Positions 1-7,717 of a DNA stretch of 29,980 nucleotides are shown here, piece after piece. The stretch lies in the IMG/VR virus record IMGVR_UViG_3300020045_017966, positions 1-29,980 of that record. One strand, 5' to 3'. How positions within the stretch are numbered: the first letter of the stretch is position 1; every line of letters starts with the position of its first letter. Source of the DNA: a virus. Lineage: Duplodnaviria; Caudoviricetes. Position numbers and translations under genes: made by a program. The notes beneath the pieces were generated by a model. That model was not told where the DNA came from. It was given only the letters and a program-made list of their open reading frames with translations, and made no database searches.

Positions 1-1
1 A

Positions 2-586
2 CTTGATTGCCAACGCAAAAGCTTCGGAGAGCTCTTCGTCGGCGCCAGCCTATCAAAGATCGGGCCCGAGTTTTCTGGACGGAGTGAGAGCGCTGGAGAA
101 GGAGGACAGGGAGAAAGGGATCCGCTACAACAGTGGACCCGTCAACCTTCCCGGCTATTGCTGATCAGCGGCCCCCCTGGGATTGGAAAGACCTATTTCT
201 GTTCAGCCTTCCTTGCCTATGCGATGGAAAGGGGGGTGACGGTGCGTGCCTATAGCGAGCAACGACTTTTGGAAAGGCTGCGCCAAGGGATTTCCTCTGG
301 TACTGGAGGAGACTACCATTCCAACCTGAAGGAATATTGCGACGACTATATCCTGATCATTGACGATATCGCGTCTTCGGGAGTGAACGAGTGGAGGGAG
401 GAGATTCTCATGTCTATGGTTGACTTCAGATACACACTAAAGCTCCCCACGATCTTTACGACCAACCTCACCAGGAACGATTTCTTTGATAGGTACAACT
501 CAAGGGTAGGAAGTCGACTGTTCTCGAAAGAGAACACCTTCATTGACTTGAGCCACCTACCCGACAAAAGACAGCTAGGGATGTAA
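2..586 (+). CDS. DnaC/IstB-like AAA+ ATPase (helicase loader), 5'-truncated
   Basis: Frame is open from base 2. Walker A GPPGIGKT, Walker B ILIIDDI, sensor motif PTIFTTNL, RVGSRL. Confidence 0.9.
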   Translation, partial: LDCQRKSFGELFVGASLSKIGPEFSGRSESAGEGGQGERDPLQQWTRQPSRLLLISGPPGIGKTYFCSAFLAYAMERGVTVRAYSEQRLLERLRQGISSGTGGDYHSNLKEYCDDYILIIDDIASSGVNEWREEILMSMVDFRYTLKLPTIFTTNLTRNDFFDRYNSRVGSRLFSKENTFIDLSHLPDKRQLGM

Positions 587-684
587 TGAAAAAGGGCCGC
601 AGCGGAATTGTCCACTGCGGCCCCCAACGGCTTACACTGAGAGCTTCTTTGAAGCGACTACAACCTAAAGCAAGTGCGACTTGA
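586..684 (+). CDS. Possible 32-aa basic peptide (MKKGRSG...KASAT)
   Basis: Coupled at both ends (TAATG at 584-588, TGATG at 682-686); no recognisable motif. Confidence 0.3.
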   Translation: MKKGRSGIVHCGPQRLTLRASLKRLQPKASAT

Positions 685-1079
685 TGTCTATCTCCTGGAT
701 CATGCCCCTTAAGACCGTGAGCGAGCTCAACTGCTCGGAGCACTGGTCCATAAAAGCCAAGCGCCATCGATCGCAGCAAAAGGTAGTTCGCCTCTTCTAT
801 GCGCGCTACGCCTCTTCTATGGCCCCGCCATGCTCCGTTCGTCTTACTAGGCTAGCTACACGCCTTTTGGACGATGACAACCTTGTTGGTGCCTTAAAAT
901 GGATCAGGGACGAAATCTCGGAATGTCTCATCCCCGACAATAGGACTTTCTTAGATAAGAAGGGGAAGGTGAGGAAGGTGAAGGGGCGCCGTGATTGCGA
1001 CCCCCGCATCTCTTGGAGCTATGACCAGAGGAGGCATCCTTGTTTGGCGATCGAGGTGACCATCACCCCTACCTTTTGA
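684..1079 (+). CDS. rusA: RusA-like Holliday junction resolvase
   Basis: LDDDNLVGALKWIRD fits the RusA DxDN..K...D catalytic pattern; N-terminal SELN...HW; follows the DnaC-like gene. Confidence 0.7.
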   Translation: MSISWIMPLKTVSELNCSEHWSIKAKRHRSQQKVVRLFYARYASSMAPPCSVRLTRLATRLLDDDNLVGALKWIRDEISECLIPDNRTFLDKKGKVRKVKGRRDCDPRISWSYDQRRHPCLAIEVTITPTF

Positions 1080-1106
1080 CCGCGACAATTTTTAAGGAGT
1101 ATATTG

Positions 1107-1131
1107 AAAATGGGCAACAGGCTGTTGCCCA
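1107..1131 (-). terminator. Intrinsic terminator (or palindromic DNA site) between convergent genes
   Basis: TGGGCAACAG-G-CTGTTGCCCA perfect 10-bp arms at 1111-1131, followed by TTTT on the minus strand, just past the stop at 1137. Confidence 0.6.
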
Positions 1132-1136
1132 AATGA

Positions 1137-1862
1137 CTACGTTACATCTTCTAATTTAATTTGGTTTTTTCTCTTCCAGTTATGTATTTCAGTAAAAAGC
1201 TCCATGTAGTCCTTTTCGCATACCCTAGGACCTATTCGATTAACCATCCTCTCCAGGTTATGCATCCATTGTTTTTCGTCGAAGTGTGCACTCTTAGCCA
1301 GCTTTATGAGGCATTTCCAAAACTTTCCCGCTTGGGTATAAGTAGAGGTTCCGTTCATCTTCCTTATGTATTTAATAGTTTCTTTACATATGCGCAACTG
1401 ATCAAAATTCGCCTCCAAATCAAATGTATAAAGCCCTTCTTTAAATTCATCTCTGGAAAATACCGTGTTTGGCATCGTTAGCTTGAGAGCGATGTTTAAT
1501 GCAATTTTATTTTCTTTCATGAAGTTGTCAAGCTTTATGTATTCTTCATTTCCATTTGTAACATAATAATTTAGGTAGTCCTCTGCATACCAAGGCTTAG
1601 AGATATTCATCCTTATGATGTCCTCTTTGCCGTACTTGTCTACAGAATAGAATATTTCTATTCCCATTTCTTTGGCAGCCAACAACCTGTGCTGTCCGTC
1701 CATGACCTCCATATTTGCATTTACTTTTATAGGATTATCTTCTAATAGGTTATTGTTATCTATAGATTTAATCAATCTTGATACATGAGATTGATCGATC
1801 TTTTTCCTGTTGTCGTCTCTAAACTTGAAAATTTCATATTTTTTCGTCTTCTGGACTTTCAT
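1137..1862 (-). CDS. ParB/Srx N-terminal domain protein
   Basis: NR...HVSRLIKSI...NPIKVN..MEVMDGQHRLLAA motif; visibly AT-rich relative to its flanks. Confidence 0.8.
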   Translation of the reverse strand: MKVQKTKKYEIFKFRDDNRKKIDQSHVSRLIKSIDNNNLLEDNPIKVNANMEVMDGQHRLLAAKEMGIEIFYSVDKYGKEDIIRMNISKPWYAEDYLNYYVTNGNEEYIKLDNFMKENKIALNIALKLTMPNTVFSRDEFKEGLYTFDLEANFDQLRICKETIKYIRKMNGTSTYTQAGKFWKCLIKLAKSAHFDEKQWMHNLERMVNRIGPRVCEKDYMELFTEIHNWKRKNQIKLEDVT

Positions 1863-2115
1863 CGGGGGTTACCTTAGGTTTGGCAAGTAGTTGCTGAGTG
1901 AGCGGCATATAGCCGCTGGACGAGAGATAGGACTTTATCTCTTCGTTTTCATGGATCAAAAGAGAGCAAATTTTCTTCAGCGCCCCCACTTCTGCAAAGA
2001 GGCGCTTACGTACTTTATCGAGAGATTCTTCTATCTCGTCTACGCGCTTTTGCGTATAAGCGAGTGCGTCCTCTTCTTGCGTGAAGGAGAGATCAAGGAG
2101 CATTTGTACAGCCAT
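1834..2115 (-). CDS. Hypothetical coiled-coil protein
   Basis: 93-aa ORF with RBS (TAGG) overlapping the start of the next gene; heptad-like segment VDEIEESLDKVRKRLFAEVGALKK. Confidence 0.7.
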   Translation of the reverse strand: MAVQMLLDLSFTQEEDALAYTQKRVDEIEESLDKVRKRLFAEVGALKKICSLLIHENEEIKSYLSSSGYMPLTQQLLAKPKVTPDESPEDEKI

Positions 2116-2173
2116 GGCCTACCTAAAAAATGGCGTCCTTGCCGAGAATTTAATCCATTGAGGTGGTAAAACT

Positions 2174-2374
2174 TTACCTTCCTCCGCTCCCTTCACGCAA
2201 GACAAGACAATTATTTTTCTCTTTTGCCTCCTCTCTCTTCTTGATCTCTTCCAATACCTCTCTGATCATACTAGCGAGAGTTTTACCTGTCTTCACGCTC
2301 AAAAACCTCAAAAACGTATGCATGTCTTTGTCTATGTGAAGATTCAATACTTTCATTCCTTCCGGTACAGCCAT
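2174..2374 (-). CDS. Ribbon-helix-helix (CopG/Arc-like) DNA-binding protein
   Basis: Beta strand KVLNLHID, helix KDMHTFLRFLSVKTG, helix TLASMIREVLEE. Confidence 0.7.
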   Translation of the reverse strand: MAVPEGMKVLNLHIDKDMHTFLRFLSVKTGKTLASMIREVLEEIKKREEAKEKNNCLVLREGSGGR

Positions 2375-2383
2375 TGGTCTACC

Positions 2384-2809
2384 TTAAATTTCTTTGTTCA
2401 TTACGTAATGAAGAGTCCAAGGACAGTATCTGGGTATATCGCCCTCGGGAAGCCCGCTCTCTTCAAGAGCGAGGGCTCTAGCCCTTGTCCAAGACCCATC
2501 GAAGACCTCTTGCATTTGCCTCTTCATGCTTGGGCTATCTTCGAGTACCCCAAGAATCTCCCAGCGGGCATTTCTGATAGAGGAAGACCAGGACCGGCAG
2601 CGGTAGGAGGGTTGGTAGTGCCACTTCAAAAAATGGGCGATTAAAACTATAAAGTGGCTCCTCATGCATCGCTTTTCAGTTCTAACCACGCCCTCCACCT
2701 CTTCCAAAAAGTTTTCCATGTCCATCTTGTCTACCTCCCCTCTCTTCAAAAGGGCTATCTGCTCGCCCATCCACCCCACCAGATCGCTTTCATAGCTGCA
2801 CGCACTCAT
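2384..2809 (-). CDS. DUF29 family protein
   Basis: YESDLVGW..EQIALLK...DMENFLEEVE...LIAHFLKWHYQP...SWSSSIRNAR...LEDSPSM...CPWT; AAGGAGG RBS. Confidence 0.9.
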   Translation of the reverse strand: MSACSYESDLVGWMGEQIALLKRGEVDKMDMENFLEEVEGVVRTEKRCMRSHFIVLIAHFLKWHYQPSYRCRSWSSSIRNARWEILGVLEDSPSMKRQMQEVFDGSWTRARALALEESGLPEGDIPRYCPWTLHYVMNKEI

Positions 2810-2823
2810 AGTCCCTCCTTTGT

Positions 2824-2850
2824 AAAAGGGGCCACCTTGCGGCAGCCCCT
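2824..2850 (-). terminator. Intrinsic terminator after the acidic-protein gene
   Basis: Minus strand reads AGGGGCTGCC-GCAA-GGTGGCCCCT-TTT: a 10-bp stem with two GU pairs, GNRA loop and short U tract. Confidence 0.75.
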
Positions 2851-2855
2851 CGTTT

Positions 2856-3047
2856 CTATGCGCTCATCATCTCTTCGAACATCCTGTCCAGGTCTATCTC
2901 TTCATCTCCTAGCTGTAGCTCGGTGAAGATGTCTTCGAGGGCGTCGAAAACTTCCTCATCGTATACCCAGCTATCCTCCCTCTCTTTGCAAAGCTCTTCC
3001 CAAGCCATAGCTACCTCTTCTTGACTATCCACAGTTGCGTACTTCAT
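2856..3047 (-). CDS. Small highly acidic protein
   Basis: 63 aa with 22 D/E versus 4 K/R; AAGGA RBS; own promoter and terminator. Confidence 0.8.
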   Translation of the reverse strand: MKYATVDSQEEVAMAWEELCKEREDSWVYDEEVFDALEDIFTELQLGDEEIDLDRMFEEMMSA

Positions 3048-3083
3048 GGTTTTTCCTTGTGTGGACCGAGCGAGACGCTCGGC

Positions 3084-3120
3084 ATGTTGCTATATTACAA
3101 CATCTCTACATTTAACGCAA
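3084..3120 (-). promoter_or_regulatory. Sigma70-type promoter with inverted repeat over the -10
   Basis: TTGCGT (3120-3115), 17 nt, TAATAT (3097-3092). ATGTTG-N8-CAACAT (3084-3103) straddles the -10. Leader hairpin CCGAGCG-AGA-CGCTCGG at 3066-3082. Confidence 0.7.
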
Positions 3121-3192
3121 GCGAAGAGGTGAGATTTCTCCTACCCAAAAATTAAAGAAAAAAATATCTTCCGACTTTTACCGGAGATTTCC

Positions 3193-4458
3193 ATGGTAGC
3201 CTGGGCCCTTCAAGTAGTACGCATCTCAGACCTAAAAGATCACGCAAAAAACCCCCGACGCATAGATAAGGATCAACTCCACCATCTAGAAGAGCTTATC
3301 AAAAAATTCGGACTTATCGATAAGCCTATCGTCAACCTCGACCTCACGATCATCGGGGGCCACCAGCGCCTACGTATACTCAAGAAGATGAAAGTTAAGA
3401 CCTGCGAGTGCTGGGTACCCGACGAACTCCTCTCACAAGAGGATATAGACCGCTTGTGTATCGGTCTCAATCTCAACCAGGGCGCATGGGACTGGGAGGT
3501 GCTCGCCAACAGCTGGGAGGTCACCGATCTACTTAGCTGGGGCTTCACCGAAGAGCAGCTACTCGGAATCTCAGAGGTAGAAAAGGTAGAGGGCGGAGAA
3601 GAGGAAGACGGAGATCAGCTAGAGCCGACTAAAGACCCCGTCTCTAAAACAGGCGACCTCTACATACTCGGCGACCACCGACTACTCTGCGGAGATAGCA
3701 CGATGCCCGACGACGTGGCCAAGCTTCTGGATGGGGGAGAGCCTATACTGATGGTGACTGATCCGCCTTATGGGGTGGAGTATGATGCGAGCTGGAGGAA
3801 AGGAGTCGGATTAGGAAAGAAAAACTCTAATGGAAAAGTTCAAAACGACGATCGCGTTAACTGGTCGGTTGCTTGGCACCTATTCCCAGGGAGCGTGGCC
3901 TATGTCTGGTCTAGCGATAAAATGGCTTATGAATCTGTCAAGAGCCTAAAAGATTCTGATTATGAAATCATTGGCCAGATTATTTGGTCTAAGCAACACT
4001 TCGCTTTAAGTCGAGGAGACTACCATTCCCAACACGAGCCGTGCTGGTACGCAGTTAAAAAAGGCCACACACACAACTGGCAGGGCAGTCGTAAAGAGAG
4101 CACATTGTGGGAGATCTCTAATCAAAACGCCTTTGGCAATAAACAAGACGAGGAAAGGACTAACCACAGCACCCAAAAACCACTTGAGTGCATGGCTAGG
4201 CCCATCCGAAACAACTCAGCCATCGGAGAAGGCGTCTACGACCCGTTTGTTGGTAGTGGTACCACAATAATCGCAGCCGAGCAGCTAGGGCGCAAGTGCT
4301 ACGCCATGGAAATAGACCCGTGCTACTGCGATATGGTCGTTCAAAGATGGATCAAATATAGAGAGAAGGAAGGCAGACCCATCACCTTCTGGGCGAATGG
4401 ACGCGAATTTTCATCATTTCAGGATTGGGAATCAAACAGGAAAAAAGACAATGGATGA
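3193..4458 (+). CDS. ParB-domain N6/N4 DNA methyltransferase (beta class)
   Basis: N-terminal NPR...IKKFG...IIGGHQRL; HRLLCGDS; catalytic TDPPY; HSTQKP; SAM-binding DPFVGSGTT. Confidence 0.95.
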   Translation: MVAWALQVVRISDLKDHAKNPRRIDKDQLHHLEELIKKFGLIDKPIVNLDLTIIGGHQRLRILKKMKVKTCECWVPDELLSQEDIDRLCIGLNLNQGAWDWEVLANSWEVTDLLSWGFTEEQLLGISEVEKVEGGEEEDGDQLEPTKDPVSKTGDLYILGDHRLLCGDSTMPDDVAKLLDGGEPILMVTDPPYGVEYDASWRKGVGLGKKNSNGKVQNDDRVNWSVAWHLFPGSVAYVWSSDKMAYESVKSLKDSDYEIIGQIIWSKQHFALSRGDYHSQHEPCWYAVKKGHTHNWQGSRKESTLWEISNQNAFGNKQDEERTNHSTQKPLECMARPIRNNSAIGEGVYDPFVGSGTTIIAAEQLGRKCYAMEIDPCYCDMVVQRWIKYREKEGRPITFWANGREFSSFQDWESNRKKDNG

Positions 4459-4804
4459 GGAAAAAGACCGGCTCGTAATGACGATGGAAACCCTGAAGAA
4501 TATGCTCGAATGCTTTAGCGATAGCCACGAGCTCAACTCCTTCATGAAAAGGCTCATCGGTCTATGTGCCTACTCCATCAGAAAATATGCCGAGATGGAC
4601 GAAGAGGAGGCGCTCCCCCTCGATGTCTGCCTCGTCCTCTTCCAGCTCTCTCTATTCATCCGTCGCGATTTCGATATCATCCAGAGCCTTTGCAAGGCAT
4701 GTACCTTCTCTATGAAGTCGATGGACGAAGTTCAAGGGATGATAGACCAGGGCGACAAAATTTTCAGGATGGAGATACCCCAGGACGGACATGAGCCCGG
4801 TTGA
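4451..4804 (+). CDS. Hypothetical protein
   Basis: ATG overlaps the end of the MTase gene; helical, no motif. Confidence 0.65.
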   Translation: MDEEKDRLVMTMETLKNMLECFSDSHELNSFMKRLIGLCAYSIRKYAEMDEEEALPLDVCLVLFQLSLFIRRDFDIIQSLCKACTFSMKSMDEVQGMIDQGDKIFRMEIPQDGHEPG

Positions 4805-5051
4805 TCATCCCGACCATTACCGAGGAGTCACCATGGAGGCTATCGAAGTTATCGAAGCCTTCGACCTCAACTTCAACCTCGGCAATTCCGTCAAATACAT
4901 CCTTCGATGCAATCGTAAGGGTAAGAAAAAAGAAGATTTGAAAAAGGCTATCTGGTATCTGCAAAGGGAGATCAACAGAAATGGAGCCGACAATGAAAGA
5001 CCTAGTCCTTCAAATCGTAAAGAATCTGGTCGAATACCCTGGCATGATTGA
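4791..5051 (+). CDS. DUF3310 family phage protein
   Basis: VDHPDHY...EAIEVIE...FNLGNSVKYILR...KGKKKEDLKKAIWYL. Confidence 0.9.
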   Translation: MSPVDHPDHYRGVTMEAIEVIEAFDLNFNLGNSVKYILRCNRKGKKKEDLKKAIWYLQREINRNGADNERPSPSNRKESGRIPWHD

Positions 5052-5235
5052 AATCATCGAGACGAGGGGCAGCTCCACTATCCTCCTCGAAATCTCGGTC
5101 GCGCCGGAAGACATAGGAAAGATCATCGGGAAGCAGGGTAAGATCATCGACGCGATACGAACAATCCTCATCTCAATAGCCTCTAGAAACCATCTTCGCG
5201 TCAACCTGGAAGTTGTAGAGACCATAGATATGTGA
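4993..5235 (+). CDS. khpA: KhpA-like single KH-domain RNA-binding protein
   Basis: MKDLV..IVKNLVEYP...VAPEDIGKIIGKQGKIIDAIRT (GxxG loop); GGAG RBS before ATG 4993. Confidence 0.9.
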   Translation: MKDLVLQIVKNLVEYPGMIEIIETRGSSTILLEISVAPEDIGKIIGKQGKIIDAIRTILISIASRNHLRVNLEVVETIDM

Positions 5236-5247
5236 AACGCGTTACAC
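5232..5247. promoter_or_regulatory. 16-bp palindrome, copy 1 (GTGAAACGCGTTACAC)
   Basis: 15/16 identical to the perfect palindrome at 17503-17518; extends to ATGTG..CACAT (5230-5249). Confidence 0.6.
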
Positions 5248-5260
5248 ATGAGAGGTATCT

Positions 5261-5719
5261 ATGATGCATAGCGACTCATCGATAGACCTCAACAATCCCA
5301 TCGCTGCCTCTATGGAGAGCGATGGCTACGACTGCCCGCTTTGCCTAGAGCACTTATACAAGCCCCATACCGTATCATGCGGGCATGTATTCTGTGGCAG
5401 ATGCGTTACAGTGCTTCTAAAGACCAATTCTCTCTGCCCCTTCCGGTGCATCATCACCGAGCTGCGGCCATCCCCCCTCCCCCAAGTCTCCCGCATGCTC
5501 GAGATGAATGACCACAAGGTCGCCAAAATCATCTATCGGGAGGAAGAGGTTCAACACCTATGCAAGAAGGTCGAAAAACTCACCGAGATGCTCTTAGAAG
5601 AGGACAGAAAGCATCGAGAGATGATAGAACAGCTTAAGCAGACCCGAGAGCCTACCTGCTGCCTGGCGCGACTCCTATATCGCTGGTTTCCTCCACCCCC
5701 TTTACCCCCTATCAACTAA
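5261..5719 (+). CDS. C3HC4 RING-finger protein (putative E3 ubiquitin ligase) with coiled coil and proline-rich tail
   Basis: C25-x2-C28-x11-C40-x-H42-x2-C45-x2-C48-x10-C59-P-x2-C63; GAGAGG RBS. Confidence 0.88.
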   Translation: MMHSDSSIDLNNPIAASMESDGYDCPLCLEHLYKPHTVSCGHVFCGRCVTVLLKTNSLCPFRCIITELRPSPLPQVSRMLEMNDHKVAKIIYREEEVQHLCKKVEKLTEMLLEEDRKHREMIEQLKQTREPTCCLARLLYRWFPPPPLPPIN

Positions 5720-5721
5720 AA

Positions 5722-5943
5722 ATGGAAAAAATCACTGTCGAATCCCTCAAAGAAAAAATATCTTACGCAAGAGAATTCCTTCACCCAGAAGGTCCTGCAT
5801 CCGAATGCATCCTAAGAGTTATAGAGCTCGTGGTCGATTATATCGAGTATGATTTGAATTCGAGGAAGATCACTCAGGAGGAGGAAAAGGTGGATCGACC
5901 GACGGACCATTTTCCTGACGCCACGAAAAAGGTGTCCAGATAG
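5722..5943 (+). CDS. Hypothetical protein
   Basis: 73-aa ORF starting 2 nt after the RING gene. Confidence 0.6.
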   Translation: MEKITVESLKEKISYAREFLHPEGPASECILRVIELVVDYIEYDLNSRKITQEEEKVDRPTDHFPDATKKVSR

Positions 5944-6008
5944 ACCACTCCCTACCCCTCCCCCTTTTCAATCAATCATTTGTCATTTAAAAGTCGTAAT
6001 CCTTCCTA

Positions 6009-6038
6009 TTGACACTTTGTTCATGATTGTGTTAGACT
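6009..6038 (+). promoter_or_regulatory. Sigma70-type promoter
   Basis: TTGACA (6009-6014), 18 nt, TAGACT (6033-6038) with an extended TG. Confidence 0.65.
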
Positions 6039-6080
6039 ATTCTGAACGATTGCGACCCCCGTCGACACAAAAGGGCGACT

Positions 6081-6314
6081 ATGTCTAAAAACCATCATAC
6101 ACAAAAATCAAAGATCGACTTCACCGCAGTCATCTCCCTCGGAATGATACTCATAACAACCCTTGGAACAACTATTCCTCTCTATATGCATATCTCTTCC
6201 TCTACTAATGAGCATCTACAGGGCATTCGAGAGGAGATTCGTTGCATTCAAACAGAGATGAAGGACTTCCACGGGCGCCTCTGCGCGATCGAAGAGAGAA
6301 ACAAAAAGGGATGA
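6081..6314 (+). CDS. Small membrane-anchored coiled-coil protein
   Basis: Hydrophobic segment FTAVISLGMILITTLGTTIPLY followed by heptads ending MKDFHGRLCAIEER. Confidence 0.75.
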   Translation: MSKNHHTQKSKIDFTAVISLGMILITTLGTTIPLYMHISSSTNEHLQGIREEIRCIQTEMKDFHGRLCAIEERNKKG

Positions 6315-6406
6315 GCGAAGACTGGTTAAAGGTATTGACAATCGTAGGATCCAACTTACTGATGATAGTAATCATGGCCTGCACACGACTAAGGATAAAA
6401 AGATGA
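6311..6406 (+). CDS. 31-aa single-TM peptide (MSEDWLKVLTIVGSNLLMIVIMACTRLRIKR)
   Basis: ATGA overlaps at both ends; hydrophobic core and basic tail; below the ORF-track cutoff. Confidence 0.5.
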   Translation: MSEDWLKVLTIVGSNLLMIVIMACTRLRIKR

Positions 6407-6609
6407 AAGTGATAAATGGAAAACAAATACTAACATTAACAATTGAGAACATTATCGACAACAATTGTCATATCGATTTCCCTATGGAAATCTATTATTG
6501 CGAACGTTTGGGGCACCCAACTTTTCAGATCACCATCTCCATTATCGACGAGGATTCATTCATCGACCAAGACGGAAACCGATGGATCAAAGACACAGGA
6601 GAAAAGTAA
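6403..6609 (+). CDS. Hypothetical protein
   Basis: AAGGA RBS; translationally coupled to both neighbours. Confidence 0.6.
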   Translation: MKVINGKQILTLTIENIIDNNCHIDFPMEIYYCERLGHPTFQITISIIDEDSFIDQDGNRWIKDTGEK

Positions 6610-6833
6610 TGCACTGGATAGAAGATAGACTTCCAAAATCTAAAGGTGTCTACGCGATTCATGTAAAGAAACTTATTGAAGATCCCACCCTATTTTTTGT
6701 GGCGTATTATGATGGAATTGCATGGATCATGCCTTATCAATGGGGAGGAGAATATTTTTCCTACAGGTGTGCCCTGAAGTGGGCGGTTATCGATTGGGGA
6801 ACTGATGGAAAAGACAAAGGAGACAATTTATGA
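6609..6833 (+). CDS. Hypothetical protein (DUF551-like N-terminus)
   Basis: TAATG coupling; begins MHWIEDRLP. Confidence 0.55.
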   Translation: MHWIEDRLPKSKGVYAIHVKKLIEDPTLFFVAYYDGIAWIMPYQWGGEYFSYRCALKWAVIDWGTDGKDKGDNL

Positions 6834-7123
6834 GCGGGGGATCTTACGACCATTTTTACTACAAGCTCGAAGACGTCGCGGTGCGTCTGATGAAGCAACA
6901 CGAGCCTTCCTACCGCCGCGCTTTCGGACAGCTTCTCTTGCGCTGCTCAGTAGCCATGAAAGACGTTGAGTGGGTAGACAGCTCCGACAAAAGCCCTGGA
7001 GATGATGAGGCAGCCATTTTGAAGTGCGTATCACCCTATGACGTACTCTTTTGCTCAGTCCAGAGGGCCGAAGATGTAATGAAAGAGCTCCAAAACCTAA
7101 TCAAAGAGGCTAAGAAGAAATGA
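6830..7123 (+). CDS. Hypothetical phage protein
   Basis: AAGGAG RBS; MSGGSYDHFY start of a kind seen in small phage proteins. Confidence 0.75.
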   Translation: MSGGSYDHFYYKLEDVAVRLMKQHEPSYRRAFGQLLLRCSVAMKDVEWVDSSDKSPGDDEAAILKCVSPYDVLFCSVQRAEDVMKELQNLIKEAKKK

Positions 7124-7359
7124 AAGAAGAAGAAGACACAGCCCACCACGACGATCCGCAAGTAATCTATATCGTCGATCGATGCCTCGATGTGATGGAA
7201 AGATATTCCGCGCAGACTCAGCTCACTGCTTCCATAAACCTTCTACACGCAATCTTGAGGATCTTTTGTGTTGGCTGCGAAAAGAAAGAAGTGCTAGATG
7301 GAGTCAAGAAAATATACAAAGAACTTAAGAAAGGGGTTGAGGAAAATTTCTATGAGTGA
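7120..7359 (+). CDS. Hypothetical protein
   Basis: ATGA overlap with the upstream gene. Confidence 0.6.
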   Translation: MKEEEDTAHHDDPQVIYIVDRCLDVMERYSAQTQLTASINLLHAILRIFCVGCEKKEVLDGVKKIYKELKKGVEENFYE

Positions 7360-7717
7360 AGAAGAAATACATAAATATACAGTTAAAATTCCAATATACA
7401 AGACCTTAGATTTTGCTGAAGTGGAATACGAACAAAATAAGGATCAGCACAAACAGCTGGAAGAGAAAGGTTTCACAAAAACCCGTTTGAACAGACCCAT
7501 GTATTATCATTCTGATTTTCTTCCCGTTGAAATTTTCTGTTTTGACAGAGATGATGTTTCTATAATATTTATTTATGACACAGACGGATGTATTGTGGCG
7601 TTTGCTGTTTATGATAAAAATGATAGGTTTGAACTTATTGAGAGATGTATGAATTATGTAAAAAACATGTCCATAGCGGAGATTAATTTCAATACTTTGT
7701 ATGAAAAAAATAGGTGA
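7352..7717 (+). CDS. Hypothetical protein (AT-rich)
   Basis: GAGG RBS before ATG 7352; overlaps both neighbours. Confidence 0.65.
   Translation: MSEEEIHKYTVKIPIYKTLDFAEVEYEQNKDQHKQLEEKGFTKTRLNRPMYYHSDFLPVEIFCFDRDDVSIIFIYDTDGCIVAFAVYDKNDRFELIERCMNYVKNMSIAEINFNTLYEKNR

Noticed and set aside
1093-1136. AAGGAG followed by a tiny ORF (MGNRLLPK)
   Set aside because: Only 8-10 codons, lying within the palindrome; cannot be supported as a gene.
3193-4458. Restriction-modification system
   Set aside because: No cognate nuclease recognised; orphan ParB-MTase fusions are common in phages.
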